Shown in pieces: positions 47,527 to 57,950 of a stretch of 64,000 bases of DNA. Source of the DNA: Myxococcota bacterium (lineage in GTDB: Bacteria; Myxococcota_A; UBA796; CAJQPC01); NCBI GenBank assembly GCA_036229005.1, contig JAZAMN010000030.1:16416-80415 (forward strand). The letters are read 5' to 3'. Made by a program: the position numbers and the translations under genes. The notes below the pieces were generated by a model. The model was not told where the DNA came from and made no database searches. It saw only the letters and a list, made by a program, of their open reading frames with translations. Position 1 is the stretch's first letter. Each line of letters begins with the position of its first letter.

Positions 47527-49740
47527 ATGCTCTGGATCCTCGCCCTGATGGCCTGGCTGCTGTCTGCACCGGCCCAGGCGGCCGAAGAGGCCGAGCCTCG
47601 CGCAGAGGAGCAGGAGGAGGCGGAGCGGGACAGGGTGACCTCGGCTGTGGCCGAGAGCCTCTCGGAGTGGTGGCGGGACTGGACGCTCAAGCGGCAGGCC
47701 GGAAAACCCCCGACGGTGCGGGACATCTCCTTCCAGGAAGAGGACATCCCCGTGCGCATGTGGCCCCTCGGGCTGGTCGCCGAGGGGCAGCGGGCCTGGC
47801 GAGGGACCTCCGACGCCAGCATCCGCACCGCGATGGTGCAGCAGGAGAGCCCGCTGTTGACCCTCACGGACGCCCGGCGGGTGCCGCTGGACACCGAGCT
47901 GCTGGTCACCGACGCCTACCGGGTGGAGATCTGGTACGCGCACCAGGGCTACTTCGACGCCGAACTGCTGGGCTGGGAGATCGTCGAGGTGCGGCCCACC
48001 CCGCCCCTCAATGGCCTGCGCCCGGAGCGCCTCAAGCGCGGCGCGGTGGTGGAGGTCGTCGGGCACGTGGACCCCGGCCCCGTGAGCACCATCGCCACGG
48101 TCGAGCGGGTGGGGCTGGAGGACTTCCCGTCGGCGGCGGTCCTGCGCTCCATCGACAGCGACATGGAGGCGCTGCTGGGCGAACCCTTCAGCCTGGACGC
48201 CCCCGAGGCCCTCGCCCGCTCGGCGGTGGAGACCCTCAACAACAGCGGCTTCGCCCGGGCCCGGGCCACCACCCGCATCGTCGCGGACGCGGACAGCCAG
48301 GAGGTCCACGTCACCCTGCTCGTTGAGCCCGGCGAGCTCTGTGTGTTCGGCGAGGTCGAGATCGAGGGGCTCGTGGACGTCCCGCGCGAGCAGGTCGAAG
48401 ACCGCATCACCATCCAGGCCGGCCGCAAGTACGACCCCGAGAAGCTCTCCGGCACGCACCAGGCCATCTTCGCCCTCAAGACCTTCTCCGTCGTCCAGGT
48501 CGTCCCGGACCTCAGCGTGGAGGGCAACGTCATCCCCGTGCGGGTCATCGTGACCGAGACGCGCTTTCGGGAGCTGCTGGTCGGTGGCGGTGGGGCCGCG
48601 GGCAACGGCGCCGTGGAGCTCCGCGCGCGCAGCCGCTTCCGCCACACCAACATGTTCGGCAGCATGCTGCAGCTCGATGCGGACCTGACCGGCGGCTACA
48701 AGGCCTACCCCCAGGCGGCCAACACCACCGAGGTGCTCCAGGCGGTCAGCGCCACCCAGGCCGGGCCCTTCGTCCAGTTCGACGCGGACTTCTACTACCC
48801 CCACCTGGCCGGCAACCCCAAGCTCTCCGCTCGCCCGGACGCCTCGGTCGCCTGGGTGCGGGAGCGCAACGCGAGCTACAAGACCGTCGAGCTCAAGCCG
48901 GGCATCACCTGGGCGCCCGCGCGCTCGCTGAGCCTCAGCCCCAGCTACCGCTACAAGACCATCTGGGACCTGGACTACGTCGAGTCCATCCCCGATGAGA
49001 TCGACTACCTGGCCTGCCCTGCCGACGCGACCACCGACTGCACCTACACCCTGCAGATGGTGCAGCTCCGGATGATCAGCGACCGGCGCGAGCCCATCAT
49101 CCAGCCCACCCAGGGCCACTACGTGGAGCTCACCGTCTCGGGGGCTGGCGCGGGCTTCGCCGGAGACTTCGACTTTGTGCGCAGCACCGTGGATCTTCGC
49201 AAGTACGGCCAGCTCCGCCTGGGACCCTACGACCGGGTGGTGCTCGCGGGCCGCCTCGCCGGGGGACTGGCCCAGCCCTATGGCTCCGACCCCGAGCGCG
49301 CCCAGGTGCCCGTGCCCGAGCGCTTCCTGCTGGGCGGCGGCACCACCGTGCGCGGCTTCTCCGAGGACCTGCTCGGCCCGCGCTCCTGCAGCTCCCGCGA
49401 CACCGGCGAGTCCATCCCCAACTGCCACACCCCCCGCGACCGCAGCGAAGTCATCTTCACGCCCAGCGGCGGCCAGGCCATGGTCTACGGCAGCCTGGAG
49501 GCGCGGGTCCGCATGACCTCCGACTTCGATGTGGTGGTCTTCTCGGACTTCGGCGGCAACTGGGCCACCCTCGACGCGGTCGCCCTGGACGGCATCCAGC
49601 CCACCCTGGGCACGGGCATCCGCTACCTCACCCCCGCCGGGCCCGTGCGCCTGGACTTCGCCGTGCGCCTGCGCGATGACCCCGACTACGCCCTGGACTG
49701 GCCCTTCGGCGTGCACCTGAGCATCCAGGAGGCCTTCTGA
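47527..49740 (+). CDS. tamA: Omp85-family outer-membrane protein (TamA/BamA-like)
   Basis: Signal peptide, POTRA-like repeats, C-terminal barrel ending ...GVHLSIQEAF. It is paired with a TamB-like gene. Confidence 0.8.
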   Translation: MLWILALMAWLLSAPAQAAEEAEPRAEEQEEAERDRVTSAVAESLSEWWRDWTLKRQAGKPPTVRDISFQEEDIPVRMWPLGLVAEGQRAWRGTSDASIRTAMVQQESPLLTLTDARRVPLDTELLVTDAYRVEIWYAHQGYFDAELLGWEIVEVRPTPPLNGLRPERLKRGAVVEVVGHVDPGPVSTIATVERVGLEDFPSAAVLRSIDSDMEALLGEPFSLDAPEALARSAVETLNNSGFARARATTRIVADADSQEVHVTLLVEPGELCVFGEVEIEGLVDVPREQVEDRITIQAGRKYDPEKLSGTHQAIFALKTFSVVQVVPDLSVEGNVIPVRVIVTETRFRELLVGGGGAAGNGAVELRARSRFRHTNMFGSMLQLDADLTGGYKAYPQAANTTEVLQAVSATQAGPFVQFDADFYYPHLAGNPKLSARPDASVAWVRERNASYKTVELKPGITWAPARSLSLSPSYRYKTIWDLDYVESIPDEIDYLACPADATTDCTYTLQMVQLRMISDRREPIIQPTQGHYVELTVSGAGAGFAGDFDFVRSTVDLRKYGQLRLGPYDRVVLAGRLAGGLAQPYGSDPERAQVPVPERFLLGGGTTVRGFSEDLLGPRSCSSRDTGESIPNCHTPRDRSEVIFTPSGGQAMVYGSLEARVRMTSDFDVVVFSDFGGNWATLDAVALDGIQPTLGTGIRYLTPAGPVRLDFAVRLRDDPDYALDWPFGVHLSIQEAF

Positions 49741-49814
49741 CTCCCAAGGGCAAGCGCCGACTGAGAGTCGCTGGCGGCACCCTGGCCCTGCTCGGGGCGC
49801 TGGGGGCCGGCGGC

Positions 49815-52800
49815 GTGATCTGGCTGCGCTCGGAGGCCGGGAACGCCTGGCTCGCGGCCAAGCTGGAGCAGGTCGTCACGAGCACCATGGAGGAGGGGGA
49901 GCTGCAGGTCGGCGGGGTGCAGACCAACCTCTTCGACCGCGTCGTGATCCGCGACATCGCCCTGGTGGATGGCCAGGGCCGCCCCGTCATCCAAGCCCCC
50001 ACTGCGCGTGCGGAGATCTCTTGGGCCGGGCTGCTGCAGGGGAGCGTCACCGTGGAGCGCCTGGTCCTGGACCAGCCCCAGGTCGATCTCCAGGTGGATG
50101 AGGAGGGGCTGCTGGACCTCTCCCGCATGTTCCCGTCCACCGACGAGCCCTCGCCCCCCTCCGAGCTCCCCATCCGGATCGAGCTCAGCGAGGTCAGGCT
50201 GGATGAGGGCGGCATCCGCTACGACCCGGGCGGGCAGGCCCAGGCCTGGGAGCTGCAGGAGCTCTCGCTGCAGGGCGCCGCGCGCGGAGAGGGGACCGTC
50301 TGGACCCTCCCTGACCTCGCCGCCGCCGGGGTGTTCACAGAGCCGGAGCTGGGCGCATTCACCCTGAGCGGTGGGCTCCGATATGACCTCAACGGCGATC
50401 TCGACCTCTCCCGAGTGCGCCTGGAGTTGGCCGACTCCCGGGTGGATCTGGGCGGCTCGATCCACGACCTCAGCGGGACCCCCTCTCTTGAGCTGGCCGT
50501 CCGCGCAGACGCTGACCTGGACGCCCTGGAGCCCCTGACCGGGGACCTGGGCCTCAACGGCGCGCTGGGGGCCAAGGCCGACCTGAACGGCCCCCTGGAC
50601 GCCCTGGGGGTGGTCGGCGAGATCACGCGGGGGGAGGGGAGCGCCACCGTCGACCTGACCGTGGACACCACCGACCCGGAGATCGGCTACCAAGGCAGCA
50701 TCCAGGCCGAGGCCTTCGACCTGGGGCTGGTGGACGCTGTCACCGAGGAGACCGTGCTCACCGGCAGCGCCCAGGTCCAGGGGCGGGGCGTGTCCTACCC
50801 CGACGGCATCGACGCCAGCGGCAGCGTCGCCCTCACCGACTCGGTGGGCTGGGGCTACCCCTTGCCCGGGGTCTCGGCGAGCTTCACCTTCCAGGACGGC
50901 CAGATCCGCACCAAGGACCTGCTCTACGAGGCCTGGTGGGGGCGCATCGAGGGCCGCGGGCGACTGGGCGAGACCGACCTGGACATGGACCTGCTCGCCA
51001 CCGTCTGGGACGCCCGCGGGCTGGAGGACTTCGGCGCGCCTGGGCTCCGCGGCAGCGCGGTCTTGGACGGCCGGCTGCAGGCCGACTGGAGCGTCTCGGA
51101 CAACACGACCACCGATCTGGTGGGCACCCTGTCGGGGCAGCGGCTGGGCTACGAGAGCTACGTCACCATCGGCGAATACGACGGGCCCGTCTCCGTGTTC
51201 GTGGACGCCGGGGGCGTGCAGGTCTCGGCCAGCGAGGCCACCTTGCGGGAGATCGACGCCTCCGGAGTGACCGTGGCCATCCTGCAGGGGAGCTGGGAGG
51301 CCTTCGTCGACCCCGCCGGGGCGGTGGAGTACGCCGCCGAGCTGGACGGCGCGGTGCTCCAGACCTGGGAGATCCACGCCGACTCCTTCGGGGGCCACGT
51401 CAGCGGACGCACCGAGCCCGACGGGACGACCACCGTCAGCGCCAACCTGGGCATGCAGCGGCCCGGTATCGAGCGCTTCGTGTCCGATGGAGCCAGCGCC
51501 GTGGTGGTCCTGCAGGGGGACGAGGTGATGGTGGATCTGCGGTGCCGCAGCCACGGCGTGGAGGACTGCGCTCTGGTCGGAGGGGGCGACCTGGCCAGCG
51601 GGCGCTTCTCCTTCTCCGTGTTCGAGCTGGGCCCCCGCGACGCCCTCTCCTGGGTCAACGAGGGCCCGCTGCTCTTCACCCTCACGCCCACCTACATGGG
51701 CGCCACCGACATGGACATCCACCTGCGCTCCATCGCCGGCGAGGTCGATGTGGAGGGGGACCTGGACCTCGAAGGGCACCTGGATGCCACCGTCTCCATC
51801 CGGCGCCTCATGCTGCCGTGGATGGGGGCCCTCTTCCCCGAGGAGCTGGGCGGCTGGTCCGGCATGGCCGACGCCGAGCTCACTCTGGGGGGGCAGGCCA
51901 GCGATGCCCGGGTTCAGGGGCAGGCCTCGGTGTCCTCGCTGTCGATCCCCGGTCAGGTCTGGGGTCTGAATGGCCGCGTGGCCGTGGATGGTGGGGACGA
52001 CCTGCTCAAGCTCAACGCGCGCGTCTCGGACCAGAAGGAGGAGGTGCTGGCTCTGCGCGCATCTCTGCCCATCGCCCTGGATCTCGCGGCCCCCGAGCCT
52101 CTGTTGGACTCGCCGCTCGACGTCGAGGTGCTGCTGCAGGACACCGCCTTCGGCGCAATCCAGACCCTGCTCCCTGGCGTCGGCGAGCTGCGGGGTGGCT
52201 CGGTCGCCGGGCTGGGGCACATCGGCGGCACCTGGCTGGCGCCCACCCTGGACCTTTCCCTGGGCACCGAGATCGCGCCTGGAGACCCCGTCGAGTGGGT
52301 GCGCATGGACCTGGACGTCACCATGGACGAGCAGGGCCAGATCCGCGTCCGGGGTGGCGGTCACAACCGCGGCGAGCGCCTGCTGGACATGGGCGGCGGC
52401 GCCTCGCTGGACCTGCCCGCCTTCACCGCGTGGATCTTCCAGGACGCCCCCGAGCCGGACATGGGCCACCCGGACCAGTGGCTCTCCAACCTCTCCCTCT
52501 CGCTGGTCCCGCTGCGTGTCCCCATGCGGGCCCTGCGCGGCTTCGCGGAGATCCCCGAGGAGCTGGACGGGCGCGTCACGGGCGCCATCGCCATCTACGG
52601 GGAGCTGGCCGAGCCCCAGGTCAGCGGCGCGCTCCAGCTCACCGAGGCCCGGGTCGGAGACCTCCCCCTGGAGCCCGCCGTCATCTCCCTGTCCCCCAGC
52701 GGCGAGGGCTACGGTATCAGCGGCCTCTTCGGCTTCCGGCAGGACGAGAGCACCCTGCACACCTTCAACGTCGGCGGCTTCGTGCCCTTCACCCTGGGCA

Positions 52801-54287
52801 CCGCCGAGGAGTGGAGCGTGGACCGCCAGCTCGCCCGCGAGGGCCTGGCTCTGGAGCTCAGCGGCGACGGCATCCCAGTGGCCGCCCTCCGCCTGGTCGA
52901 CCCCGGCATCACCGACCCCTACGGCCTGCTCAACATCTCCGGCACCATCACCGGCTCCCTGGCCAGCCCGGTCCCCGATCTGGACGTGCTGCTCCCGGAC
53001 GGCGGCTTCTCCTACCCGGACATCAACACCCGCTTCAACGCCATGCACATCCGGGCCAAGGTCACCCAGGACGCCGTGGCTCTGCGCGAGATGCGCTTCT
53101 TCTCCCGCCCCCTCAAGGAGGGCCTGATCGCGGACATCAAGATCGGCGAGAAGGCCACCAAGTCGCGGCGCCCCGCCTGCGTCGCCAAGCAGGGGCTCAA
53201 GGAGGGCCAGACCCGCCTGGAGGGGCAGATCGCCCTGGACGGCTTCGCGCTGGGGGCCTTCGATCTGGGCATGTGCAGCTACCAGGCCATCTACTCCGCG
53301 ACCGAGGAGTACCTGGTCGACGTCACCACCCAGCTCCAGCTCAGCGACTCCTGGCCCGAGGTCAAGGTCACCGGCAAGGTGCTCGCCGAGGACCTGCGCC
53401 TCAACCTGGACGAGAGCGTCTTCTTTGATGACCTCGGGCTCTCCCTGGATCCCCGCATCGAGCTCGTGCGCCGAGAGACCCAGGTGGTGCAGATCCAGAA
53501 GCCAGCGCCCGAGTTCTGGACCCTCTGGGACGTCGACGTCGAGGTCGACTTCAACCGCGCGACCCGCCTGGACATCGTGGTCCCCCTCTTTGACGGCTAC
53601 GACGAGGCCCTCAAGCTGAGCGAGGTGCGCCTGCAGAACGCTGTGCTCGATGGCGTCGTGGACTTCGGCATGCAGCGCGACTTCTACGAGGCCACCGGCC
53701 TGGTCGAGGTCATCCGCGGCTCCATGGAGCTCATCAACAAGAGCTTCCGCATCGACGAGGGCAGCATCGACTTTGGCGGCGGCGACATCGAGAACCCCAC
53801 CATCGACTTCACCGCCTCCCGCGACGAGGGCAACTACGGCAGCATCAGCGTCGGCGTCACGGGCACCGTCGAGAACCCCGAGCTCAGCTTCGGCTCGGAC
53901 TCCGGCTACTCCAACACCGACGTGCTCACCATCCTGCTGCTGGGCATGCCCACCTCCGAGCTCGGCACCGAGAACGGCTCCACCGCCCAGGCCCTGCTGG
54001 GCGCCCAGCTCTCCGGCGTGCTGACCGAGCAGGTCGAGAGCAGCTTCCAGATGGACCTCTTCGACACCCTCCAGGTCAACTCAGGCGACGCCCTCCTGGA
54101 CAGCATCGTCGTGGGCAAGAGCCTGGGCCCCAACACCTACGGCGAGCTCAAGTGGAACCTGGCTCCCGACGAGGACGAGTCCGGCGCGGAGATCACCGTC
54201 GAGTTCCTCATCACCCGCAAGCTCGCCCTCGAGCTCAGCCACGACACCGACAACTCGGCCGACCTGCTCTACTCCGTCAAGTTCTGA
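49815..54287 (+). CDS. tamB: TamB-like translocation and assembly module protein (AsmA-like, DUF490-type C-terminus)
   Basis: About 1490 aa of beta-rich repeats with C-terminus [26 protein letters not shown]. The true start is probably upstream (see findings). Confidence 0.8.
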   Translation: MIWLRSEAGNAWLAAKLEQVVTSTMEEGELQVGGVQTNLFDRVVIRDIALVDGQGRPVIQAPTARAEISWAGLLQGSVTVERLVLDQPQVDLQVDEEGLLDLSRMFPSTDEPSPPSELPIRIELSEVRLDEGGIRYDPGGQAQAWELQELSLQGAARGEGTVWTLPDLAAAGVFTEPELGAFTLSGGLRYDLNGDLDLSRVRLELADSRVDLGGSIHDLSGTPSLELAVRADADLDALEPLTGDLGLNGALGAKADLNGPLDALGVVGEITRGEGSATVDLTVDTTDPEIGYQGSIQAEAFDLGLVDAVTEETVLTGSAQVQGRGVSYPDGIDASGSVALTDSVGWGYPLPGVSASFTFQDGQIRTKDLLYEAWWGRIEGRGRLGETDLDMDLLATVWDARGLEDFGAPGLRGSAVLDGRLQADWSVSDNTTTDLVGTLSGQRLGYESYVTIGEYDGPVSVFVDAGGVQVSASEATLREIDASGVTVAILQGSWEAFVDPAGAVEYAAELDGAVLQTWEIHADSFGGHVSGRTEPDGTTTVSANLGMQRPGIERFVSDGASAVVVLQGDEVMVDLRCRSHGVEDCALVGGGDLASGRFSFSVFELGPRDALSWVNEGPLLFTLTPTYMGATDMDIHLRSIAGEVDVEGDLDLEGHLDATVSIRRLMLPWMGALFPEELGGWSGMADAELTLGGQASDARVQGQASVSSLSIPGQVWGLNGRVAVDGGDDLLKLNARVSDQKEEVLALRASLPIALDLAAPEPLLDSPLDVEVLLQDTAFGAIQTLLPGVGELRGGSVAGLGHIGGTWLAPTLDLSLGTEIAPGDPVEWVRMDLDVTMDEQGQIRVRGGGHNRGERLLDMGGGASLDLPAFTAWIFQDAPEPDMGHPDQWLSNLSLSLVPLRVPMRALRGFAEIPEELDGRVTGAIAIYGELAEPQVSGALQLTEARVGDLPLEPAVISLSPSGEGYGISGLFGFRQDESTLHTFNVGGFVPFTLGTAEEWSVDRQLAREGLALELSGDGIPVAALRLVDPGITDPYGLLNISGTITGSLASPVPDLDVLLPDGGFSYPDINTRFNAMHIRAKVTQDAVALREMRFFSRPLKEGLIADIKIGEKATKSRRPACVAKQGLKEGQTRLEGQIALDGFALGAFDLGMCSYQAIYSATEEYLVDVTTQLQLSDSWPEVKVTGKVLAEDLRLNLDESVFFDDLGLSLDPRIELVRRETQVVQIQKPAPEFWTLWDVDVEVDFNRATRLDIVVPLFDGYDEALKLSEVRLQNAVLDGVVDFGMQRDFYEATGLVEVIRGSMELINKSFRIDEGSIDFGGGDIENPTIDFTASRDEGNYGSISVGVTGTVENPELSFGSDSGYSNTDVLTILLLGMPTSELGTENGSTAQALLGAQLSGVLTEQVESSFQMDLFDTLQVNSGDALLDSIVVGKSLGPNTYGELKWNLAPDEDESGAEITVEFLITRKLALELSHDTDNSADLLYSVKF

Positions 54288-55174
54288 GGAGGAGCGGGCT
54301 CTGGGGTGTCCTTCACCCGCAGGAACACCGCCAGGGGCAGGGTCAGCGCAGCCACACCCGCTGCAACCAGTCCCACCGGCGAGGACACCAGATCTTCGAC
54401 CCCCGGGAGGACCAGCAGGGAGATCGTGGCCAACCCGTTGAACACCCCGTGCATCACGGCGGCCCCCAGGATGGAGCCCGTGCGCTCGCGGATCCAGGTG
54501 AACAGGGGGCTTGTGACCATGCCCCAGAGCGCCATCACGCCGACGCCCAGCGTGGGGTTGTCGGGGAAGTTGTAGCCCTGCAGCACCACCGGCGCGTGCC
54601 ACAGCCCCCACATCGCGCCCACCAGCAGGCTGGAGGGCCAGAAGCCCAGGGGGCGCAGGTGTCGGTGCAGGAAGCCACGCCAGCCCATCTCTTCGCCCGC
54701 GGCGAAGAAGGCGTTGATGGTCGCGCCGCCCAGCACCCCCTGGAACACCGCCATCGGGAGCAGCAGGCCGCCGAGCTTCTCCACCTCGGCCATCATCTCG
54801 GCGCGGTCCTCTTCGGGGAGCTGTGCCGCCATCTGGTCCAGGAAGGCCGTGCCGCTCAGGTCCAGCTCCACGCCGGGGACCAGCGTGGCCGCCAGCGCCG
54901 TGCCCAGCACCCAGACCACGGGCAGCACCAGGGCGGCGAGCAGCCAGAGGTTGAACTGGATGTCCAGCCCCAGCGCCTTCTTGAGGGGCGCCTTGTCGCG
55001 GAAGTGGTTCACCGCGAGGGCAGCCACCGTCGGGGTGAACATCATCACCAGCAGCATCAGGGTCGCCTCGGCGCCCTCCTTGCCGGCGCGGCCCCACAAC
55101 AAGGCGCAGGCCCCGGCCAGGGTGAGCGAGATGCCGTAGAAGGCAGCGACAGAGATCCAGTCCACGCGACGCAT
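54269..55174 (-). CDS. CPBP-family intramembrane glutamic endopeptidase (CAAX protease-like)
   Basis: Motifs [17 protein letters not shown] and AAVMHGVFN. Its 3' end overlaps tamB convergently by 19 nt. Confidence 0.8.
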   Translation of the reverse strand: MRRVDWISVAAFYGISLTLAGACALLWGRAGKEGAEATLMLLVMMFTPTVAALAVNHFRDKAPLKKALGLDIQFNLWLLAALVLPVVWVLGTALAATLVPGVELDLSGTAFLDQMAAQLPEEDRAEMMAEVEKLGGLLLPMAVFQGVLGGATINAFFAAGEEMGWRGFLHRHLRPLGFWPSSLLVGAMWGLWHAPVVLQGYNFPDNPTLGVGVMALWGMVTSPLFTWIRERTGSILGAAVMHGVFNGLATISLLVLPGVEDLVSSPVGLVAAGVAALTLPLAVFLRVKDTPEPAPPQNLTE

Positions 55175-55216
55175 GGGGGGGCTTTAGCCTATTGCCTGCA
55201 GCCAGGGAGCCTCCCC

Positions 55217-55858
55217 ATGTTCTTCCGTCGTCCCGCGCCCGTCATGCCCACCGCCGACCAGGCCCTTCCCGGTCGCCACACCCCCATCGTGCCGCCCGAG
55301 CGCCACGCCGTCCTGGGCACCCCGCTGTCGGGCCCTTGGCCGGGCAAGCATGTCCTCGCCGTCGGCATGGGCTGCTTCTGGGGAGCGGAGCGCAAGTTCT
55401 GGCAGTCCGGCGGTGTGCACACGACCGCCGTGGGCTACGGCGCCGGCTTCACCCCCAACCCCACCTACAAGGAGGTCTGCACCGGCCGCACCGGACACAA
55501 CGAGCTCGTGCTCGTGGTCTTCGACCCTGAGCAGACCAGCCTCCAGGCCCTGCTCCAGGTCTTCTGGGAGAACCACGACCCCACCCAGGGCATGCGTCAG
55601 GGCAACGACGTCGGCACCCAGTACCGCTCCGGTCTGTACTACACCACGCCCGAGCAGAAGTCTGTGATGGATGCCAGCCTGGCGGCCTACCAGCAGCGGC
55701 TGACGGCGGCTGGGCTTGGGGAGATCACGACGGAGGTGCTGGAGTTGGGGGCGTTTTACTATGCGGAGGAGTATCACCAGCAGTATCTCCACAAGAACCC
55801 GAATGGGTACTGTGGGATTGGGGGGACGGGGGTTTCTTGTCCGATCGGCGTTCTCTGA
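55217..55858 (+). CDS. msrA: Peptide methionine sulfoxide reductase MsrA
   Basis: Catalytic [18 protein letters not shown] at 55217. Confidence 0.93.
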   Translation: MFFRRPAPVMPTADQALPGRHTPIVPPERHAVLGTPLSGPWPGKHVLAVGMGCFWGAERKFWQSGGVHTTAVGYGAGFTPNPTYKEVCTGRTGHNELVLVVFDPEQTSLQALLQVFWENHDPTQGMRQGNDVGTQYRSGLYYTTPEQKSVMDASLAAYQQRLTAAGLGEITTEVLELGAFYYAEEYHQQYLHKNPNGYCGIGGTGVSCPIGVL

Positions 55859-55864
55859 GAGGCG

Positions 55865-55938
55865 CTAAGTGTGCAAGGATTTTGGCCTGGAGTGACCTGT
55901 AAGGGCTTAGAATTCGGTTCACGCTCTTGTGCACTTAG
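55865..55938. repeat. 13-bp inverted repeat with a 48-nt spacer immediately after msrA
   Basis: CTAAGTGTGCAAG (55865-55877) pairs with CTTGTGCACTTAG (55926-55938), using 11 Watson-Crick and 2 G-U pairs if read as RNA. Confidence 0.6.
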
Positions 55939-56033
55939 GGCTGTACTGCCTTGGGAACGACGGAGGCAGTAGGGTGGCAGTGCGCGACCACAGCAGGCCC
56001 GAACCGGTGGTCCTGGAGGTCGGGGGCAAGACC

Positions 56034-56216
56034 ATGGCCACCGCCTACGCCCGGCGCCCTCCGGGCAACCGAGCGGGGACCGAGCACTGGGCTTGGGTCG
56101 TCCACTACATCGACGCGGCGTCGGGGACGGCCGTCCAGCGCTCCATGGGGCGCATCGCACCCGAGATGGTCGGGATGGTGCTCGCTGAGTTCTACCAGGG
56201 CATCAACAAGTGCTGA
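56034..56216 (+). CDS. Short ORF (60 aa), unknown; could be a remnant of a larger gene
   Basis: MATAYARRPPGNRAGTEHWAWVVHYIDAASGTAVQRSMGR... It is the last high-GC stretch before the island. Any link to integrase N-termini is only an impression. Confidence 0.25.
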   Translation: MATAYARRPPGNRAGTEHWAWVVHYIDAASGTAVQRSMGRIAPEMVGMVLAEFYQGINKC

Positions 56217-56364
56217 TTGAAGTTCCTTGGGTCCATGGACGGTACGTTAACGTCGGGAATCCGAATGGCCGTCCTGACATCAATGTTCCTACGAACGTCT
56301 TCAAGATTCAGGGTCTGAGGCCGCCAAAACCGGTCCCCGTGAATCCTGAAAAGGGGAATTGACA

Positions 56365-56664
56365 ATGCCTCTCAACTACGACCTGCTTCGTCTGTCCGCG
56401 CAACGTGCGCTGCTGTACAACGTACCGCGATCTCTCCGTAACTTGTCGATGGCCGTTGAGGATGACGCTCTGCTCCTTCGTGCCTACATGACTCACGACC
56501 CAAGTGGGGATGAGAAGGATTTGCTCTATGAAGTCTCCAGCGAGATTGCTGGGGACTTCGTCGAACTTCTGGATTCCAAGAGCCGGACACAGTTTGTCGT
56601 GGACAACGGGCCGATAGACGGTTTACCTACGCTTCGCTGGGTAGTCTTCTCGCTCGCAGAGTAG
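56365..56664 (+). CDS. Hypothetical protein (99 aa) in the low-GC island
   Basis: GGGGA lies 7 nt before the ATG at 56365. No recognisable motif. Confidence 0.5.
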   Translation: MPLNYDLLRLSAQRALLYNVPRSLRNLSMAVEDDALLLRAYMTHDPSGDEKDLLYEVSSEIAGDFVELLDSKSRTQFVVDNGPIDGLPTLRWVVFSLAE

Positions 56665-56807
56665 GTTGCTCTCTATTGGCCGTAACCCCTCGTCCTCCTC
56701 TCGTATCACGCGTCAAGGTGGCGCCTTGCGGGGCCCCCCGGGCTCGCGGTCGGCTCGAGTCTCGGTCTGCTGCCAGGGATGGAGGTGGACTGAACCCGCT
56801 TTCGTGA

Positions 56808-56942
56808 ACACAGCCGAACGTGCGGTTCAGGACCTACCCCCCTGAATACAAGGAGAAGCTCGTTGAGCCGTTCCGCTTCGGCGAGTCCGCGGAGAGCCTG
56901 TCGAAGGCCTTGGGTGGTCAGCTACAGGTGAGTCGCGCCTGA
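56808..56942 (+). mobile_element. Stub of an IS3-type transposase OrfA (HTH region only)
   Basis: RFRTYPPEYKEKLVEPFRFGESAESLSKALGGQLQ fits the R-x-Y/F-x-x-E-F/Y-K...V...G-x-S...LG pattern of IS3/IS911 OrfA N-termini. It is truncated after about 40 codons. TGAACCCGC at 56791 is a possible inverted-repeat end. Confidence 0.4.
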
Positions 56943-56977
56943 TCTGGGAAATCGCTCTAAGTTATCACAGTGATCTA

Positions 56978-57463
56978 CTACTCTCCGAGCCAAGACTGTC
57001 GCCACCGCTGCCAGCGCTCTGCGACCTCGGCGCCGTTGAGTGACAGTACAACCTGCCCCTCCAGCGTGCCCCACAATTCACCGGAGTCGGTTGCAATCAC
57101 AGTCATGTAGTACTCTCTCAGTTCCGGAGCTGTTTGTTGCAGTCGTTGGAGGCCCTCCATCAGCGCGTTGCAGGCTCGTGTGGCGCGCTTCTTGTACCCA
57201 CCCGGTGCCTCTGGCCCGAATGCCTTCTCGAGGTCAATGCTGGCTTGATCGAACCCAGGGGGATCCAACTCCAGGTCCCAGTCTACTGGCATCCAGAGCA
57301 GATCCGGGTCGTTGGAGTGCTGCAACAGGTAGGACCTGGACAGTGCCATCGCGTGAAGCGTCTGGATGTCAGTGTCGGTGACCAGTGCGAGGCCTACGAT
57401 GGGATGAGGAAGGCTGCTGACCACCTGGGACAGCGCTACATCGACCGAATCTTGAATGCGCAC
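56978..57463 (-). CDS. DUF4303-like protein (immunity-type context)
   Basis: 161 aa. IVGLALVTDTDIQTL...WMPVDWDLE... matches a distant paralog at 61034-61462 (AAFALVTDSGFSS...IPFDWDHE). Confidence 0.5.
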   Translation of the reverse strand: MRIQDSVDVALSQVVSSLPHPIVGLALVTDTDIQTLHAMALSRSYLLQHSNDPDLLWMPVDWDLELDPPGFDQASIDLEKAFGPEAPGGYKKRATRACNALMEGLQRLQQTAPELREYYMTVIATDSGELWGTLEGQVVLSLNGAEVAERWQRWRQSWLGE

Positions 57464-57609
57464 AAGAGACCTCCGTGTCGCAGAGTATCAGGCTGTGGAG
57501 AACAATGTGACGATGTCTGCGGGTGTGGTCGATGCGGAGTGCACACCGTCTGCCGAATAGCCTTTGTCATACACCTTCGAGTGGCTGGAAGGGCCAAGCT
57601 TGGGCACGT

Positions 57610-57918
57610 TCAAGTCTGGAAGATCTCGTCGATCTGTATGTAGATCAAGGGCAGGAGCTCATCCAGATCTGCGGGCAGGAGGCCCTTCTGGCGAAGTGCA
57701 GCTGCGCAGCCTTCCAGGTGGAACGACAAGGCGTGCAGCGCGCCGGCGAGGTCCCTCTCCAGAACTGTGGCGCCCTCCAGCTCCTCTGTCAGATGCTCCA
57801 GGTCCTCCTGGAGTCGCAGGAAGCGCTCCTGGGGCACAGGAGTGGCCATTCGGAGGGAGACGAGGAGGCCATCGGGGTGTTGGCTCTCGAACTGGATGCG
57901 TTGGCGGGGCGTGTTCAT
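57610..57918 (-). CDS. Uncharacterised 102-aa helical protein, called 'cassette X' here
   Basis: MNTPRQRIQFESQHPDGLLVSLR... The same 5' end recurs at 58649-58721 and a degenerate 3' half at 60834-61030. Confidence 0.55.
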   Translation of the reverse strand: MNTPRQRIQFESQHPDGLLVSLRMATPVPQERFLRLQEDLEHLTEELEGATVLERDLAGALHALSFHLEGCAAALRQKGLLPADLDELLPLIYIQIDEIFQT

Positions 57919-57950
57919 TTCAACGTGGTCCGAGTGCTTCGAAGGCGTGA

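Noticed and set aside
47440-53048. Minus-strand ORFs 47440-49716 (758 aa) and 49686-53048 (1120 aa), plus the plus-strand alternative frames 50936-53428 and 51970-53127.
   Set aside because: They are shadow or out-of-frame ORFs over tamA/tamB. Their sequences are Arg/Gly/Pro-rich and carry no recognisable motifs.
55859-56033. A tRNA or tmRNA gene, or an att site, at the island boundary after msrA.
   Set aside because: I found no cloverleaf-compatible arms or T-loop (GTTCRANYC) motif, and no direct repeat matching the other end within the window. Only the long-loop inverted repeat is reported.
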